Shown here piece by piece: positions 35,140 through 49,529 of a DNA stretch of 64,000 bases (the first letter of the stretch is position 1; the number at the start of each line of letters is the position of its first letter). A program made the translations under genes and the position numbers. This stretch comes from Stegostoma tigrinum (Eukaryota), in assembly GCF_030684315.1 (NCBI RefSeq), contig NC_081370.1:45712728-45776727 (forward strand), read 5' to 3'. The notes beneath the pieces are model-generated. The model had not been told where the DNA came from and did no database searches. It saw only the letters and a program-made list of their open reading frames with translations.

Positions 35140-37580
35140 AGTCCCCTAACTCTTGGAAAATAAGGCAGGGCAGGTGACTGAGGTGTCAGTGGGGGAACAC
35201 CGTGGGTCCAGTAACCATAATCTATTAATTTTAAAATAGTGATGGAAAAGGATAGACTGGACCTAACTGTTAAAACTTTAAATTGGAGGAAAGCCAATTT
35301 TGACCGTGTTAGGCAAGAACTTTCAAAAGTAGACTGGGGGTGGACTTTTGCAGGTAAAGAGATGGCTGGAAAATGGGAAGGCTTCGAAAATGGGATAACA
35401 AAGAGTCCAGAGACAGTATGTTCCTGATAGGCTGAAGGACAAGGCAGGTAGGTGTAGGAAATGCTGGATGACTAGAGAAATTGAAGTTTTGGTCAAGAAT
35501 AAGGAGGAAGCAAAAGGCAGGCACAGACAGCAGAGATGAGTGATTCTCTAAAAGAGTATAAATGCAGCAGGGGTATACTTAAGAGGGAAATCAGGAAGGC
35601 AAAACAGGGACATGATGTAGATTTGGCAAATGGGGTTAAGGAGAATCCAAAGGATTCTACAAATACATTAAGAACAAAAGGGTAGCTAGGGAGAGAATAA
35701 AACCCCTTAAAGATCAGCAAGGCTGCCTCTGTGTAGAACCGCAGGAGATGGGGGGAAAATACTAAACGAGTATTTTGCATCAGTGCTTCTTGTAGAGTAG
35801 AGTATGGAATTTAGGGAAATAAGTAATAACATCTCGAAAATTGTCCATATTACAGAGGGGGTGGTGCTGGACGTCTTAAAACGCATGAAGGTGGATAAAT
35901 CCCAGGGACTTGATCAGGTGTAAGCTAGAACGCTATGGAATGCTAAGGAAGTGATTACCAGGCCACTTGCTGAGATATTTGTATCATTGATAGCCACAGA
36001 TGAGGTTCTGGAAGACTGGAGGTTGGCTAATGTGGTGCCACTATTTAAGAAAGGTGGTAAGATAAACCAGGGAACTATAGACTAGTGAGCCTGATATCGG
36101 TGGTGGGCAAGTTGTTGGAGGAAATCCTGAGGAACAGGACTTGCATGTATTTGGAAAGGCAGAGGCTGATTAGGGATGGTCAACATTGCTTTGTGCATGA
36201 AAGGTCGCGTCTCATGAACTTGATTGAGTTTTTTGAAGAAGTGACAAAAGAGGACTTAAGATGGCAGAGATAACACGGTGTGGAACTGGAGGAACACAGC
36301 AGACCAGGCAGCATTAGAGGAGCAGGAAAGTTGATGTTTTGAGTCAGGACCCTTCTTTAGAAATTCTTCTTCAGTTCTTAGTATCTCTTGATGATGGCAG
36401 AGCGTGGACTCGATCTATATAGAATTCATTTAAGGGGTTTGACAAGGTTCCTCATGGTAGACTGGTTAGTAAAGTTAGATCACATAGAATGGAGGGAGAA
36501 ATACCTACTTGGACACAGAATTGGCTTGAAGGTGGTGGTGGAAAGTTGCTTTTCAGATTGAAGGCCTGTGACCAGCAGTGTGCCACTTGGATCAGTTCTG
36601 AGTCCACTCCTTTCTGTCATTTATATAAATAATTTAGATGTGAGCATGGGAGATATGGTTAATACATTTGCAGATGATACCAGAATTGGACGTGTAGTGG
36701 ACAATGAAGAAGGTTACCTCAAAGGGCAACGGGATCTTGATCGGATGGGCGATTGGACTAAGGAGTGGTAGATGAAGTTCAATTTAGATAAATGTGAGGT
36801 GCTGCATTTTGGAAAGGCAAATCGGAGCATGACGTATACACTTAATGTTAAGGTCCTGGGGAGCATTGTTGAACAAAGAGATCTTGGAGTGCAGGTTCAT
36901 ACTTCCTTTAAAGTGGAGTCTCAGGTAGATGGGGCAGTGAAGAATACGTTTGGCATTCCTGCCTTTTATTGGTCAATGCGTTGAGTATAGGATTTGGGAG
37001 GTAATGTTGCGTCTGTACTGGACTGTGGTTAGGCCGCTATTCGAACACTGCATGCAATTCTGGTTGCCGTCCTATAGGAAGAATGTTGCGAAACTTGAAA
37101 GGGTTCAGAAAAGATTAGCAAGGATGCTGCCTGGGTTGGAGGGTTTGAACTATAAGGAGATGTTGAACAGGCTGGAGCTATTTTCCCTGGAGTGTTGGAG
37201 GCTGTGGAATGACCTTCTGGAGGTTTATAAAACCATGAAGGGCATGGATAAGGTATGTAGACAATGTTCTTTCCCTGGCATGGCAGAGTCCAAAACTAGA
37301 GGGCATAAGTTTTTAAGGTGAGAGGGAAAAGATTTAAATGGCACCTAAGGAGCAAAATTTTCACGCAGAATGTATATAGAATGAGTTGGCACGGGAATTG
37401 ATGGAGGCTGGACAATTACAACATTTAGAAGACATCTGGATAGGTATATGAATAACAAGGGTTTAGAGGGTTCTGGGCCAAATGCTGGCAATTGTGACTA
37501 AATTTATTTAGGATATCTGGTCAGCATGGATGAGTTGGTCAAGGGTTTGTTCCAGCACTGTATATCTCTATGACTGTAAG
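35140..37580 (+). mobile_element. Decayed CR1 LINE
   Basis: LNWRKANF, SLISVVGKLLEEIL..NLIEFFEEVT, VPLGSVL.PLL..IYIN.L..FADDT, FNLDKCEVLHFG, KTRGHKF. Confidence 0.9.
36270..36392 (-). mobile_element. Penelope-derived terminus inserted in a CR1 LINE
   Basis: TSD gatggcagag at 36260-36269 and 36393-36402. Confidence 0.75.
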
Positions 37581-40500
37581 TCGGATTCATTTTCCTGTTA
37601 TACAGTAGTTGCCAATGTTTGTTTTAAGTGATAAATCTTGCTGTGACCCAGTCAAAGCTGCTATTTTGAAGGTGGTTAACTAAACTGGATTAACTGTAGA
37701 TATTGTCTAATCAACCTATCCAGAGTTGTTTTTATGTAAGTATGGAGCATGTGGGACTTGAACCCATTCCTCCTGACCCAGAGGTAAGGACTCTATCACT
37801 GAACCACGAGAGCCTTTAGTGCTAGATTAATTGTACTTGTCTTTTTCTATAAGCTGTTGCCTTGGGCAACATTTGGTATAGCTGCAGCCATTTAAGTTTG
37901 CCTGGCAACTCTGCAATGCCTGACATAAAGACCAGAAACTGGCAATGTAATTGAAAAATAATTTATTAACAAAAAATATTGGTCTAAAAATAATGTGAAG
38001 GAAGTAATTTTCACGCAAACCCTCAACGTTTTGAGAGACTTCAGACATAAGTCTATTGATGCAGAGATGGCCAAGAGGCTCATGACCACTTTTTCCAGTG
38101 CAAGTAGAGATGGGCAGTAAACACTGGCCAGCAAGCAAAAGTAAAGTTTTAAAGATTATGAAAGGTTGTGAATGGGAAATATTTTCTCAACTTGCAGAGT
38201 CAATAAGGAAATCATAATTTTAAAATGGCTCTGGGAAATGGGGTAAAATGAATATACAAGTATTTATGAAGAGAATTCTTAGAACAAGGATTTTTTTCCT
38301 AAAAGTGATTAATTATGGCAGAGACTTTTGTATGTAGGCAAGGAAGAATAGACATAATCGGAAGCAGAGGAAAATGCAGAATCCCCCTTTGAGATTAGTT
38401 TGGATTATTCTTGCATGTAACTGGTCAAATGACCATCTCTGTTAAAAGGTTTCTGTATATAATGACTTTGTTTCTTTGAGATTTACTGTTGTCTTGCATT
38501 TAGATCAATTAATATAGTAAGGACATTGTGTAAAACAATCTGGATTTCAGACCAGTAAAATAACAATGCACCTTCAAACAGTGGTTAAGGGCTTAACAGT
38601 ATTTAGAGTAGATATTCATTGTATAGAGCAGTTGCTGTAGGGTGAACGATATAATTTAGTAGGGTCTGATAGAGATGCCTGAGACCAAATGGGAAACAGG
38701 TGATGATTTTATGCTAAAGAATAGGCAGCATGCATGGAGAGAAAGCAAGCTGACGTAACAAGTCTAGACTCAAAATGTTACCTTGGCTTTCTTTTCATGG
38801 ATGCTGCCTGACCTGCTGTGATCTCTAGCATTCCTTGTTTTCAGTACAGATTCCAGCATCTACAGAAATGTACTTCTCCTTAATTAAGGGATAGTTGGCA
38901 AGCTCTTTGCTGAATTTATAGCAACAAGTAACCACTGTGGTTCTGGTTTGTGTAGAAATGAAACTGACTAGACAGGTATATGGCTACACTTTGGCATACC
39001 AACATATAACCTCTGGTATTTAATAGTGAAATTCAACTTTTAACAAATGGTGCTCGAGTGAGTAACAACAAAAATGTTATATTTCAACTGTGTATGTTTT
39101 GTGTAATTTTGTTCATTGCTTGTCAGAGCTAGTTAAAAGGTAGAGCGAGATGTGCTCTTATTTTCACTGCCTAGAAAAAATAGTACTTTCCCCGACATTT
39201 ATTGTGTTCAGCTAAAATATTTTCAAGTGTCTAGTAGTTCCAGAATCAACATCAAGGCCTGAAGTGTATAAACATACGCTTGCAAATGTTGAAGCATTAG
39301 CAAAGCATTGGTTTCCATTTAAAATAAGCCCTGTAGTAGGGCTCTCTTTTTCTTTAGATGACAATAACAGGTGCTTTGTAGAATTTTAAAGTGAAGCCAC
39401 AGCTTTGAATATGATGGAAGTTAAATGAATGTGCTTTTTCCTAAAACCTATGATTTTAATAACCAATTGCATTCTTAATTAAATAGTTTTCTCCAAGAGC
39501 ATGAAGACTATTACTTCTGTGCTCAGGTTCTTCTCCTATAACACTTTGATTTCTGTCGGTTACTGCATTGTGTTCCTTGTAACGAATGTTTCCTGTTTAC
39601 GTGAACCATACAGAACAGTAATTGTGTTTATGGTAGAGTGATCAGAGTTGATTTCTTTTGTCTTGCACAAAGAATATATTTCTATACTTTATCCGAACAC
39701 TCTTAAAATGAGATACTTAAAGAAAAATAACATTTTGGATATTTTATGGAGACTCGAGGAAAAAATGTAATGCTCACCAAGTGATTTATCCCTTGGCTAG
39801 TATTTAACGTTGTATACTTCAAGCAAACAAAAATAAAATGCGGTGAAGTGTATCTTGTTGCTGCAAGTTGCAAAGGATGCTGGGTGTCAGAATTCCAATC
39901 TTCTGGTGAAATGCTCTTGAGATGCTGCTGGGCCTGCTGTGTTCATCCAGCCTAGCTTTTGTGCTCCTGAGATGCTGCTGGGCCTGCTGTGTTCATCCAG
40001 CCTCACGTTTTATTATCTTGGGCTGTTTTGTTGGTTGCTTGCCTATTTAACATTCTCAGCTTCTTTATTCCAAGCCAAACTGGCTGCAGAGGTCCTTGTT
40101 CAGGTTTAATGATGAAAACTCACCTTTAAGTTCATTTAAAGTAGGCATGCTCCTACAAGCTGAGTCTATTACATGCCAGCTGTTTAGACCATTGTATCAA
40201 GTAGGTTTCTCTGGTAAATCAGGCGATGTAGGATAATTCATTCACTCCGCTTTGAAATGACCCAGTTGAATTACTAAATCTTCTAGCAGTAAGTTAGAAA
40301 TTTCCTGTAATATCCTGTATTGGACCACTTCAGACTCAGTTACAAGTCAGGCCTATTGAATCTTTTCATTCCAGCAAATGGAACTAGTTTAGTTTGGGTA
40401 ACCTTGGTCAGTGTGGATGAATTGGACCAAAGGCCCTCGTTCTGTTCTGTATGACTGTAACTGTCACTTGAGACAGTGAGCAAACATCTGAAAGAAACGG

Positions 40501-40954
40501 TTGGGAGCAACAGTAAAAATGAATTTCATTTTTAAAAAGTGCAATTCAAATTGATAATTTAAATGAGTAATTAATAAAAATGGCCCTTAATAGTGAAAAC
40601 AGCACAGCTAACAAATTGTTTTTCCAACTTGGTATGAAGCAGAGCTAAAGAAAGACAAAATAGGCCCTAATTTCTGGTTGTCAAGGAAGAGGAGAGGTCT
40701 GGGGCCAAGCTAAGGAATTGGGTTGAAATAACATAAACCTTGCTTTTATCTCTGACTATGTACAGTCTGAGCTGGTGTTGGCAGAATTCATATGAGAGTT
40801 GGGAGAAGGTTGCGCTTCAGTCTGACTTTTTTCCTTTTCCCACCATGCTTTGTGTGTAGGTTTTTTGGTGAGAGAGGAGATGGAAGGAGTGAGTGTATTT
40901 GATTCAGTTGTAGAGTTCACAAACATGCACACTATGTCTCCAGTGCACTTTCAC

Positions 40955-41210
40955 TGTCTCCCCCTCTATACATCATCCATCTCTCCCTCTGTCTTCTCTG
41001 TTTCTCTCGCTCTCTCTATTTTCCTCTCATTCGTTCGCCCTTCCTTCCTGTCATTCTACACTCTCTCTCTTCCCCCTCCCTAACATCTCTCTGTTTGTAC
41101 TCCTCAACTCTCCCTCTGTTTCCCTTCCTGTCTGCCCCTCTTTCATCCCCTTCCCTGCTCGCCCCCTGTTCTCTCTCTTTCAGTCTCTCTACTCCTCTCT
41201 TCCCCCTCAG
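40955..41210. repeat. CT-rich low-complexity polypyrimidine tract
   Basis: About 250 bp, almost entirely C/T. Confidence 0.85.
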
Positions 41211-41927
41211 TCATACAAACACAGACAAACACCTCACAGCCTGCAGGTTCCAATTCCCTCTCCACCTTGATTGTGGCCCTCAGAGAACAAGAACTTGAAT
41301 AATTTGCTCACTTGGATTGTTGCAACCTGCAGCCTCTGGCAACTGAGCCTGTTTCCTGACAAGTCTCATGTCTTGTATTCTCTCCAACCACAACCCATCC
41401 CCACAAGCAGATTCTCTATCATTGTTAACAATGTGCAAGCTTTATTAATAAACCTGTCAGCAGCAAATATGGGTGAGAATCACCGTCTGGTTAGAAGAGT
41501 GTCTCCTTACGGAATCTTGCTGTTTCCAGCATTTGGGAGTCTGGTGACAATCCACATCGGGCCCCTTCCTGAGGGAACATTCTGGTGCACAGGATGGCTG
41601 TTGAACAAGCCTAATCTAAGTAATGGTCTCAAAGAAAGCAACAGGAGGTGTCAAAAAGGCATAATTCCATATTATTTTGAGACTTCTCAAAATATTTTTA
41701 ACATTAGGACTTGTTAGATACTCAGGAAGTATCTTCTTTTTGTGGTCACTTTGGGGTTGAGCCAAAGATTCAGGGATTGTTAAATTGTTCACCCATGAAC
41801 TGAATAAATTTATGTTAGAGAATCAAAGCACGGAAACAGACTCTTCAGCCCAACTCCTAGATAAATCATATCCCCGTCTATTAGTATTATTGTTATCTGT
41901 TATTTAAAACTACCACATTGTAGAATA

Positions 41928-42408
41928 CGGATAAACACAGCAGGCCAAGCAGCATCACGGGGCGGCACAGTGGCTCAGCCTCAGAGCACCAGGGACCCAG
42001 GTTCGATTCCAGCCTCCGGTGACTGTCTGTGCGGAGTTTGCACATTCTCCCTGTGTCTGCATGGGTTTCCTCTGGGTGCTCTGGTTTCCTCCCACAGTCC
42101 AAAGATGTGCAGGCTACGTGGATTGGCCTTGCTAAATTGCCCGTAGTGTTCAGGGGTGTGTGAGTTATAGGGGGATGGTCTGGGTCGGATGTTTCGAGGG
42201 GCAGTATGGACTTGTTGGGCCAAAGGGCCTGTTTCCACACTGTAGGTAATCTAATCAGAGGAGCAGGAAGGCTGACATTTTGATCCTAGACCCTTCTGAA
42301 ACGTCAGCTTTCCTGCTCCTCTGATGCTGCTTGGCCTGCTGTGTTCATCCAGCTCTACACATTGTTACCTCAGATTCTCCAGCATCTGCAGTTCCTACTA
42401 TCTCTGAT
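41928..42408. mobile_element. Penelope-derived mini-hairpin with a nested HE1-type SINE (about 41958-42255, plus strand)
   Basis: TSD acattgtagaata at 41915-41927 and 42409-42421. A SINE head ggcggcacagtggctcag..ggttcgattcc and V-domain gggtttcctctgggtgctctggtttcctcccacagtccaaagatgtgcagg interrupt the left arm. Confidence 0.85.
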
Positions 42409-43506
42409 ACATTGTAGAATATAATTGTTCTGAAGGAGCAAGTACTCACGTTAGACTTCCACTCTTTCATATCACTCATTGTGAATGGAGATTGTGTTTA
42501 TAGTAAACTTCACAGGGAGTAGCTCTGTTAATGTATTTTGTGCAACTGTTGTGATCCCTTGTAATTACACATCACTAGTATGTGATTGTACTTATTGCTA
42601 TCATGCAATAAACAATAATAAATTGTTAGCAAAGAATAATATCTCTTCTATAAAGATTCTACAGAGCTGTATTCTTCAAGATTCGACAGGCTGTAGGTGA
42701 AGTATAGAGAAAGGAAGATCGGTGGCAGTGAACTGATTCAAACAACCCTTTCTCTGATTCACATCCTGGCAGAGATAACAGATACCATGAGGTTCTAGTA
42801 GCAGCAATCAGGATAATATCACAGTACATAAGACTATGCATCCAATGATGTGAAGCGAATGTGCAAAACATTCATAAGCCACCAAAATCCATTTGGAATT
42901 CTTTCTTTTTATTACAGTTTAAAGGGAATTAATTTCGAAGCTCTAACAGGCTAGGCAGGCAGGGGTTAAGCTAGTTAAAATGTGGACCCTCAACTTGCCA
43001 CGAGTGTGCAAATGTCTAGATTACCCATGGCAATTTAGAGTTAGCTGGGTAACTCATACAGGAGAAATGGATCACTGATTAAAATATTTAAATGACGGGT
43101 TTTTTCTCAGAAGTTGGAAATTATTTCAGGGTATGGAAAGAGTTTCTGTCTAATTCTATTTTGACATTATTTAAAAGCTCCAATTAAACCTTTTGAGTTG
43201 TAAGACCATTTAGAAATGTTTTTTCTTTTTCCTGTTTGCATCTTGTCCTTTTGTCCTATTATTCCCTGAGTGAATGTATCATGGAACATTGTGGTGTAAG
43301 CAATGGTTACTTTATCAGATTATGTAATCATATTTCCTTGTTGGACTTGCTCTCAATATGCAGAAGTCACACTGTCATGTCAATATATTCTGACAGTCTT
43401 AGATAAAATGTGCATAGACAATAGATTTCACAATGTTACAAACTGATTTCAAAGATGGTAACTATTGAAGATTTTTATTCACATTTTGCTTGTCTTTCAA
43501 CTTAAG

Positions 43507-43573
43507 GTAGAACATTACATTGACATTGAGAAAAGGGACAACAAAAAACAAACTGAATACCAAAGCAATTCTG
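43507..43573 (+). CDS. IFTAP: NWC/IFTAP coding exon 3
   Basis: ctttcaacttaag|GTA...TCT G|gtaagt. Encodes VEHYIDIEKRDNKKQTEYQSNS, similar to mammalian VDNFLDLED. Confidence 0.8.
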
Positions 43574-43954
43574 GTAAGTATTTAGTATTTTATATCACTG
43601 TTCTTGGGTGTAATTGAATTTAAATGGATTGAGTGACCTTAACAAGTTGTTTTGACACTGTTTGTCCAGAAGCTTTCAAGAATGAAAACTTTCCTATCAA
43701 GAAAATGTAATTAATACTTGTATCCTCCTTCTTTCTCAATGTTTTCTTGTTAGGAAAAGTGTTTAGCATACTCCTTCAGGTGACAGCTCAGTCTATCATT
43801 TGTGAAATAATTCTCAGTGGAACAATTTGCCCAGGACAAACTCACTCATTCTTAAATCCTTAGAGACTGACTAGTAGTTTCAGTTTTTACATTTCATAAT
43901 GGTTCACAATATCATTGAACTTTCGCTCATTAATGAGAACTTAAAAACTCAAGA

Positions 43955-44410
43955 ACATGTTTACAAGAATGAAATCAGGCATTAAGGGCTTCTCATACAA
44001 TGAACAGTTGAGTACTCTGGGTCCGTACTAGATGGAGTTTGGAAGGATGAGAAGTGAACTCATTGAAACTTAGAGAATACTGAGAGGCCTGGAAAGAGTG
44101 GACTTGGAGAAGATGTTTCCACTAATAGGAGAGAATAGGACCCAAGTGCGCAGTCTAAGTGAAGGGATGACTTTCTCGAGCTGAGATGAGGAATTTCTTC
44201 AGCCACAGGATGGTGAGTCTATGGAACTCATTGCCACAGAAGGCTGAGGAGGCCAAGTCACTGAATGTATTTAAGACACGTAGGTAGGTTCTTGATTAGT
44301 AAGGAGATCAAGAGATATGTGGAGAAGGCAGGAGAATGGAGGTGAGAAACATTTCAATGATGGAGCAAACTCGTTGGGCCGAATGGCCTAATTCGTTTTT
44401 TTTTATGGCC
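43955..44410 (+). mobile_element. CR1 LINE 3' fragment
   Basis: ggagtttggaaggatgagaagtgaactcattgaaac..aatttcttcagccacaggatggtg..gggccgaatggccta. Confidence 0.75.
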
Positions 44411-46119
44411 CCATTGCATTTGCTGTGTGAATAACTGTTGGGGCTGGATATTACAAGGTATCATAGTCCTTGTCTCTTGCCAGAAAGTCGGGACAGTATC
44501 ATCAGGGCAAAGAACGGCCGTGCCTGTCTGTTACTAGCCAGCAGGCAGGATATTCACCCATCAGGAATAGGCAGTCCCACTTCAGCAGTAAACTGCTGCT
44601 GACCCAGCTGGCAATTCTCCAGTGTTTGTTGCATGCCTGGGATTGGTAGCCATCACCAGTATTGTACTTGAGGCTTGAGATGAGCAGTGCTACCTGATCT
44701 GGATTGTGTTGCAAATGTTTGAGAATTTTGCTGGGTGGCAAGCTGACAGGCTCTAGGGAGGAGTGTTTGGGATTTGAGAGGCTGTTGAAGAAATGGAAAT
44801 TTGGAGCAGGTCATACCTGCAAGGAGTCCCTTTATTGGGCTTCCTTCTTACTAGGCATGATTCCAAACAGTGGAGAGCTGAATTTCTAAAGAAGGGTCAC
44901 AGGACTTGAAACGTTAACACTTTTTTCTCTCCATAGCTGCTGCCAGACTTGCTGAGATTCTCTAGAAATGTCTGTTTGTATTTGCTTCGGACCTCTAGCA
45001 TCCACAGACCTTTGTTTTATTTTAATGGAGAACTTTTCCTAAATTCCAACTGACTCGAGTTTTGCTAGGACTCCTTGATACCACACTTGCTGAATTAATG
45101 CCTTTCCAGGTCAGCAACTGAGAAGCCCTAATGAAAACCAAACTGAGTGTCAGTGGCCAGGTGATTGAGAAGCTTATTAGCACCGTTGATGACCCCATCC
45201 ATCACTTTACTGATGATCAAGCGTAGATTGATGAGATGGTAATTGATCAGGTTAGACCTGTCCTTCTGCGTACAGGACACCTGCATCAGGACAAGTTTCC
45301 ACATTGTTGGATAGATGCCAGCGGTATAGCTGTACTGGTAAGGCTTGTCTAGGGGTGCACTTCTGACACAGAAGCCTTTAGTATTCCCAGAATGTTGTAT
45401 GGGCCCTTTGTAGCATCCAGAGCCTTTATGTTTTCTTGATATAATATGGTGTGAATTGAATTGACTGAAGATCTGCTTGTATGATACTGGAACCTTTGGA
45501 GGTGGCCAGGATCATCAACTCGATACTTCTAGCTAAAGTCTAATTCAAATACTTCAACCATATTTTTTGCACTGATGAGCTGGGTTCCCCATCTGAGAAT
45601 GGAGTTGTTTGTGGAGCTTCCTTCTCCAGAATGATGTTGCTTATATGAATTGGGCACTTGGCACAAATACCAAGTAAGAGACCTGAGCCTAGATTTTTGT
45701 GGTATGTTAGCATATCCAAAACAGCTCTCAGAACCCAGATCCAGAAATCCTACTGTTATTTCTGAAAAATGCTATTTTTACCAGTAGGGAAACAATGAAA
45801 ACACAAACTGAACTCAGTGCTGACATGACTAATTTCTCAATAGAGTGTGGACTTTATCCCACCGTATATTATGAAAGAATCTTTAGTGTAGATGTGAATC
45901 CTGAACGGCGCATCAGGGCAGTGGAACTTTCACTCTGTGGAGTTAAGTAGCCTGCCCTTAAAAATTGTGAATTTTAAAAGAACACAATCAATGCTTATCA
46001 CAGTGGGGTAATGTTGTCAATTTGTTTGACAGTTTCAAGAATTTACAAAAGGATTAACTTTCTTGTGTTCCTTTCCTCACATTTAAATGTTTGTTTTTAA
46101 AAGTGAGTCCATATTAGTA

Positions 46120-46462
46120 AAGGAAAGATGTCAAACTTGAAAGGGTTCAGAAAAGATTTACAAGGGTGTCGCCTAGCTTGGAGAGTTTGAGCAATAGGGC
46201 AAGGCTGAATAGGCTGGGGCTATTTTCCTTGGAGCATTGGAGGCTGAGGGGTGACCGACAGAAGTTTATAGGATCATGTGGGGCACAGATAGAGCAAATA
46301 GAGAAGGTCTTTTCCATGGTGTAGAGGAGTCAAAAACTAGATGGTGCAGGTTTAAGGTGAGAGGGGCAAGATTTAAATGGACTGAAGGGGCAACTTTTTA
46401 AACGCAGAGGGTGGTGTGTGTATGAAATGAGCTGCCAGAAGTGATTGAGGCTGGTACAATTA
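46120..46462 (+). mobile_element. CR1 LINE fragment
   Basis: aaacttgaaagggttcagaaaagatttacaagg.. is similar to 37090-37420. Confidence 0.75.
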
Positions 46463-49395
46463 CTAGAATTCTATTGCCAGGGCCTGGCAACTTGGCTATC
46501 AGCAGGCTTTTTACTTTAAAGCTAGATACTTTCACATCTAGCATGTAAAACCTGCAAGAGTTTGTGTACTTCTGTGCTGTCTTCAAACCCATTGTGGGCG
46601 TAAGGTAAAATACAGCTTTGTTTTCTCATGTTCCCTCTGATTCTTTTGCCTATTACCCCATAAATCTGTGCCTGTCTTGTTACTGACTTGTGCCATTTAG
46701 AATAACATGTCACCATTTGAATCTCCAAAGCAAATTCATTTAAGTGGCATCAACCACACAACCCTTCTCAACTACCTCCTTAATTGCAAAAAGCTCAATC
46801 AAGTTGATGAAACGCTATTTTCTTCAACAAATTTGGTCCGACTTTCATTTATTAATTTACATCTTTCACAAGTACCAATTAATTCCGTCCTGGATATATG
46901 TTTCTGAAATGCCCCAGCACTGATGTTAAGTTGACTGAAACTCAATTGGTGGTTTTACCCCGTTCTCCTTTTTAAATCAAGTTAGGTATAAGCAATCCTC
47001 CAATACTCTGTTAGAAGTTAAATTTGTTAAAGGTCCATTGGTAGATTATTTTGGTTTACTCTTGAATTGTGGCTGACATGGCAAGTAGTAAAATTTGGAA
47101 GCAGTTCAGAATAATTGCAAATTATTTTATAAACTTGCAAGTTCCACCTCTTTGGTTGCAGCACGTTGACAAGAGGCTTCTCAGTTGCAATGATACATAT
47201 TCACACAATAAATATGTAGATTTTATTCTTTGACTATAAACATTCATGCTTACTGAGCCTGAGATTTTTTTTGTGAATTTCTGAAAGTATCTAGCGCCCT
47301 CTATTAATAACTTGCTTTCAAATATGATGAGATTAATTATGATTTCAACAACTGCTGTCAAGGGGCTGTCCCTGCTGTTCCATGGTTACTTCTGTCTGGA
47401 CTGTTCTACACCACTGCAGCTCATCAAAACACAGCTGGGCAAATAATTAACAGAACAGCAACTATCATGAATGAGTGCACTAATTGGTTAAACAATTGAA
47501 CAAATGTTGCAATTGGAACATATGATGTCACCATCATGTACTGATATTGTACTTTCTCGAATGGTTTTTGTTTTCTGTTTGCAAGGCCATTGATAGAGGA
47601 GCCTCTCCATCATGGTGAAAATGGCTGAATATTATAAATCCAGCAATCAAATACAGCCACGCTTGTCTTTTTGGGACTGGGGTGCATTTTGCACTTGTAC
47701 ATTTCACAGAGGCAGCTGGCTGTTTAAATTCAGCAGCTGCCTCCACTGAAGTGGGATTTTGGTAGTTAAGTGTGTGAAAGCCAAAGGCTGCAGATTTAAC
47801 TTTGTAAGGGCAGATCAGAAGTTAGTGGATTAATTTGGATAGCCTGGATGTCCTTTTTGGAGAGGTAGTGTATCGCTTTGGTTAGGGTTCAACGACACCT
47901 TTGGTTGAAGGATGTTGGGAAAGGTAAAATGCTGCTTGGAGTTATTATTGGTGGTACTAATGTGCATAAAATGTGCAAAGCTCATGACTGTCTGGTATTA
48001 TGATCCCAACTGTGGTATTCCTGTATGTCAGCAGATTCCAGAATGAAATCTACTTTGAAAGATCCTATATTATCATTTAACAGGATGTGAAGGGATGCCT
48101 GAGATGTAGTGGACTAAAAGAACTGGAGATTGATATTAATTAATGGTTAATTAGGTGTGAATTGGTTGGATGAACATGGGCAGCAACTTATCAGTGGGTT
48201 GAGACTTTTATAGAGTTTGGTTAACTGAAATAATACACTCACTAAAATTGTGGTTTTGGCCTCTGTTTAAAGGCATTCCTCTGATGTATAACTCTTGTTT
48301 TATTATTGTTAATGTAATGGTTGCCCATTGAAATAGTCACATGGGGCTTCAGATTTTCTTTAAGAACAGTACAGAAGTTTATTACACAAAAGAAGAAATT
48401 AAAAAGAGGACATGCTGTTTAGATATACAACCTCTGTGCACCTATAACCTAGTATGCCTTGCTCCGACTAAGCACACTATGATATGTATGTCCTTGTTTG
48501 CTATGATCTTCCAGTACTGCTCGCAAAAGAAAGCTTTTTATTGTACTTAGGTACATGTGACTACAATAAATCAAATCGAATATTTTCATAAAATTAATTG
48601 ACTGTCATTTGTTTTGGGAAGACCTGAGAATATGAAAGACTCTTTTTGTAATTGGTTCTTCCTTTTAACATTGTTCTGTGTCTGCCTGGAGTGTGTCATA
48701 AGATGACTTGCTTACATAATTTTTCTCCGTCATTGTGGGAATATGTCTCTCTGTGTTACAGTTCGACTCCTATTGAGAGCTTGCCTAATGGGGAATTGAG
48801 TGGTGAGCAGAGTCCTAGTATTCAAGCACTCAGGTTAACAACATACTGCGACATGCACAGCTCGCCATCCTGAAAGCACTTTCATCAAATTTCAATTTTT
48901 GAACATCATAAAGTGAGGTTGTAAGAATATTTGGAATAAAAAGATATTTCATAGTTCAATATTGAAATCTTAAACAGAAATATTTGTCGTTGTTGTGGTA
49001 TGATTAGTAATCAATATAGTCAAATCCAGTTTAAGAAATTGATCTCTAAAGGAGACCACATCGCCAAGATCACACTTATTGTCTTAAGGACCTGGGGGTA
49101 GGGGTTTTGCTTCTTTTCTTCCCTGCTATCCTTGATAGTGATGCTCTCACAGTGTGTAGGATGCAAGTTCATACATTAATACCAATTTTAAAAATCTATG
49201 TTGTCTGTAATTGTAATTCTTAAGAGAAAGTAGTTTTCACAGTATAAAGGAAATATGACTCCTTTAACCTTATGAATTTTTAACTGGATTTGTGATAACA
49301 AATATATGTTTGTTATATATGGAGCCAAAGGTAGATAAAGATTTACAGTATATTTCTAGCTTGTGTTATTATCTGGCACTGTTCTTTGAATTTAG

Positions 49396-49529
49396 GCCTA
49401 GAAGTACTCCCTGGGGAAATAGTAGAGGAGACTGCTGCAAATTATACTCATTATGAAAGTAAACACACATCACTTAACTTCAAAGTGAATCCAAATGTTG
49501 AAGAGTATAATGAAAATTCATATGACCAG
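49396..49529 (+). CDS. IFTAP: NWC/IFTAP coding exon 4
   Basis: tttag|GC...CAG|gtatgt. Encodes (G)LEVLPGEIVEETAANYTHYESKHTSLNFKVNPNVEEYNENSYDQ with the conserved LPGE motif. Phases 1/0 match the neighbouring exons. Confidence 0.88.

Noticed and set aside
41271-41717. 148-aa ORF and other short ORFs in IFTAP introns
   Set aside because: No recognisable domain, non-ATG starts and no consistent splice structure.
41958-42012. tRNA gene
   Set aside because: The A/B-box-like head continues into the V-SINE core, so it is a SINE rather than a tRNA.
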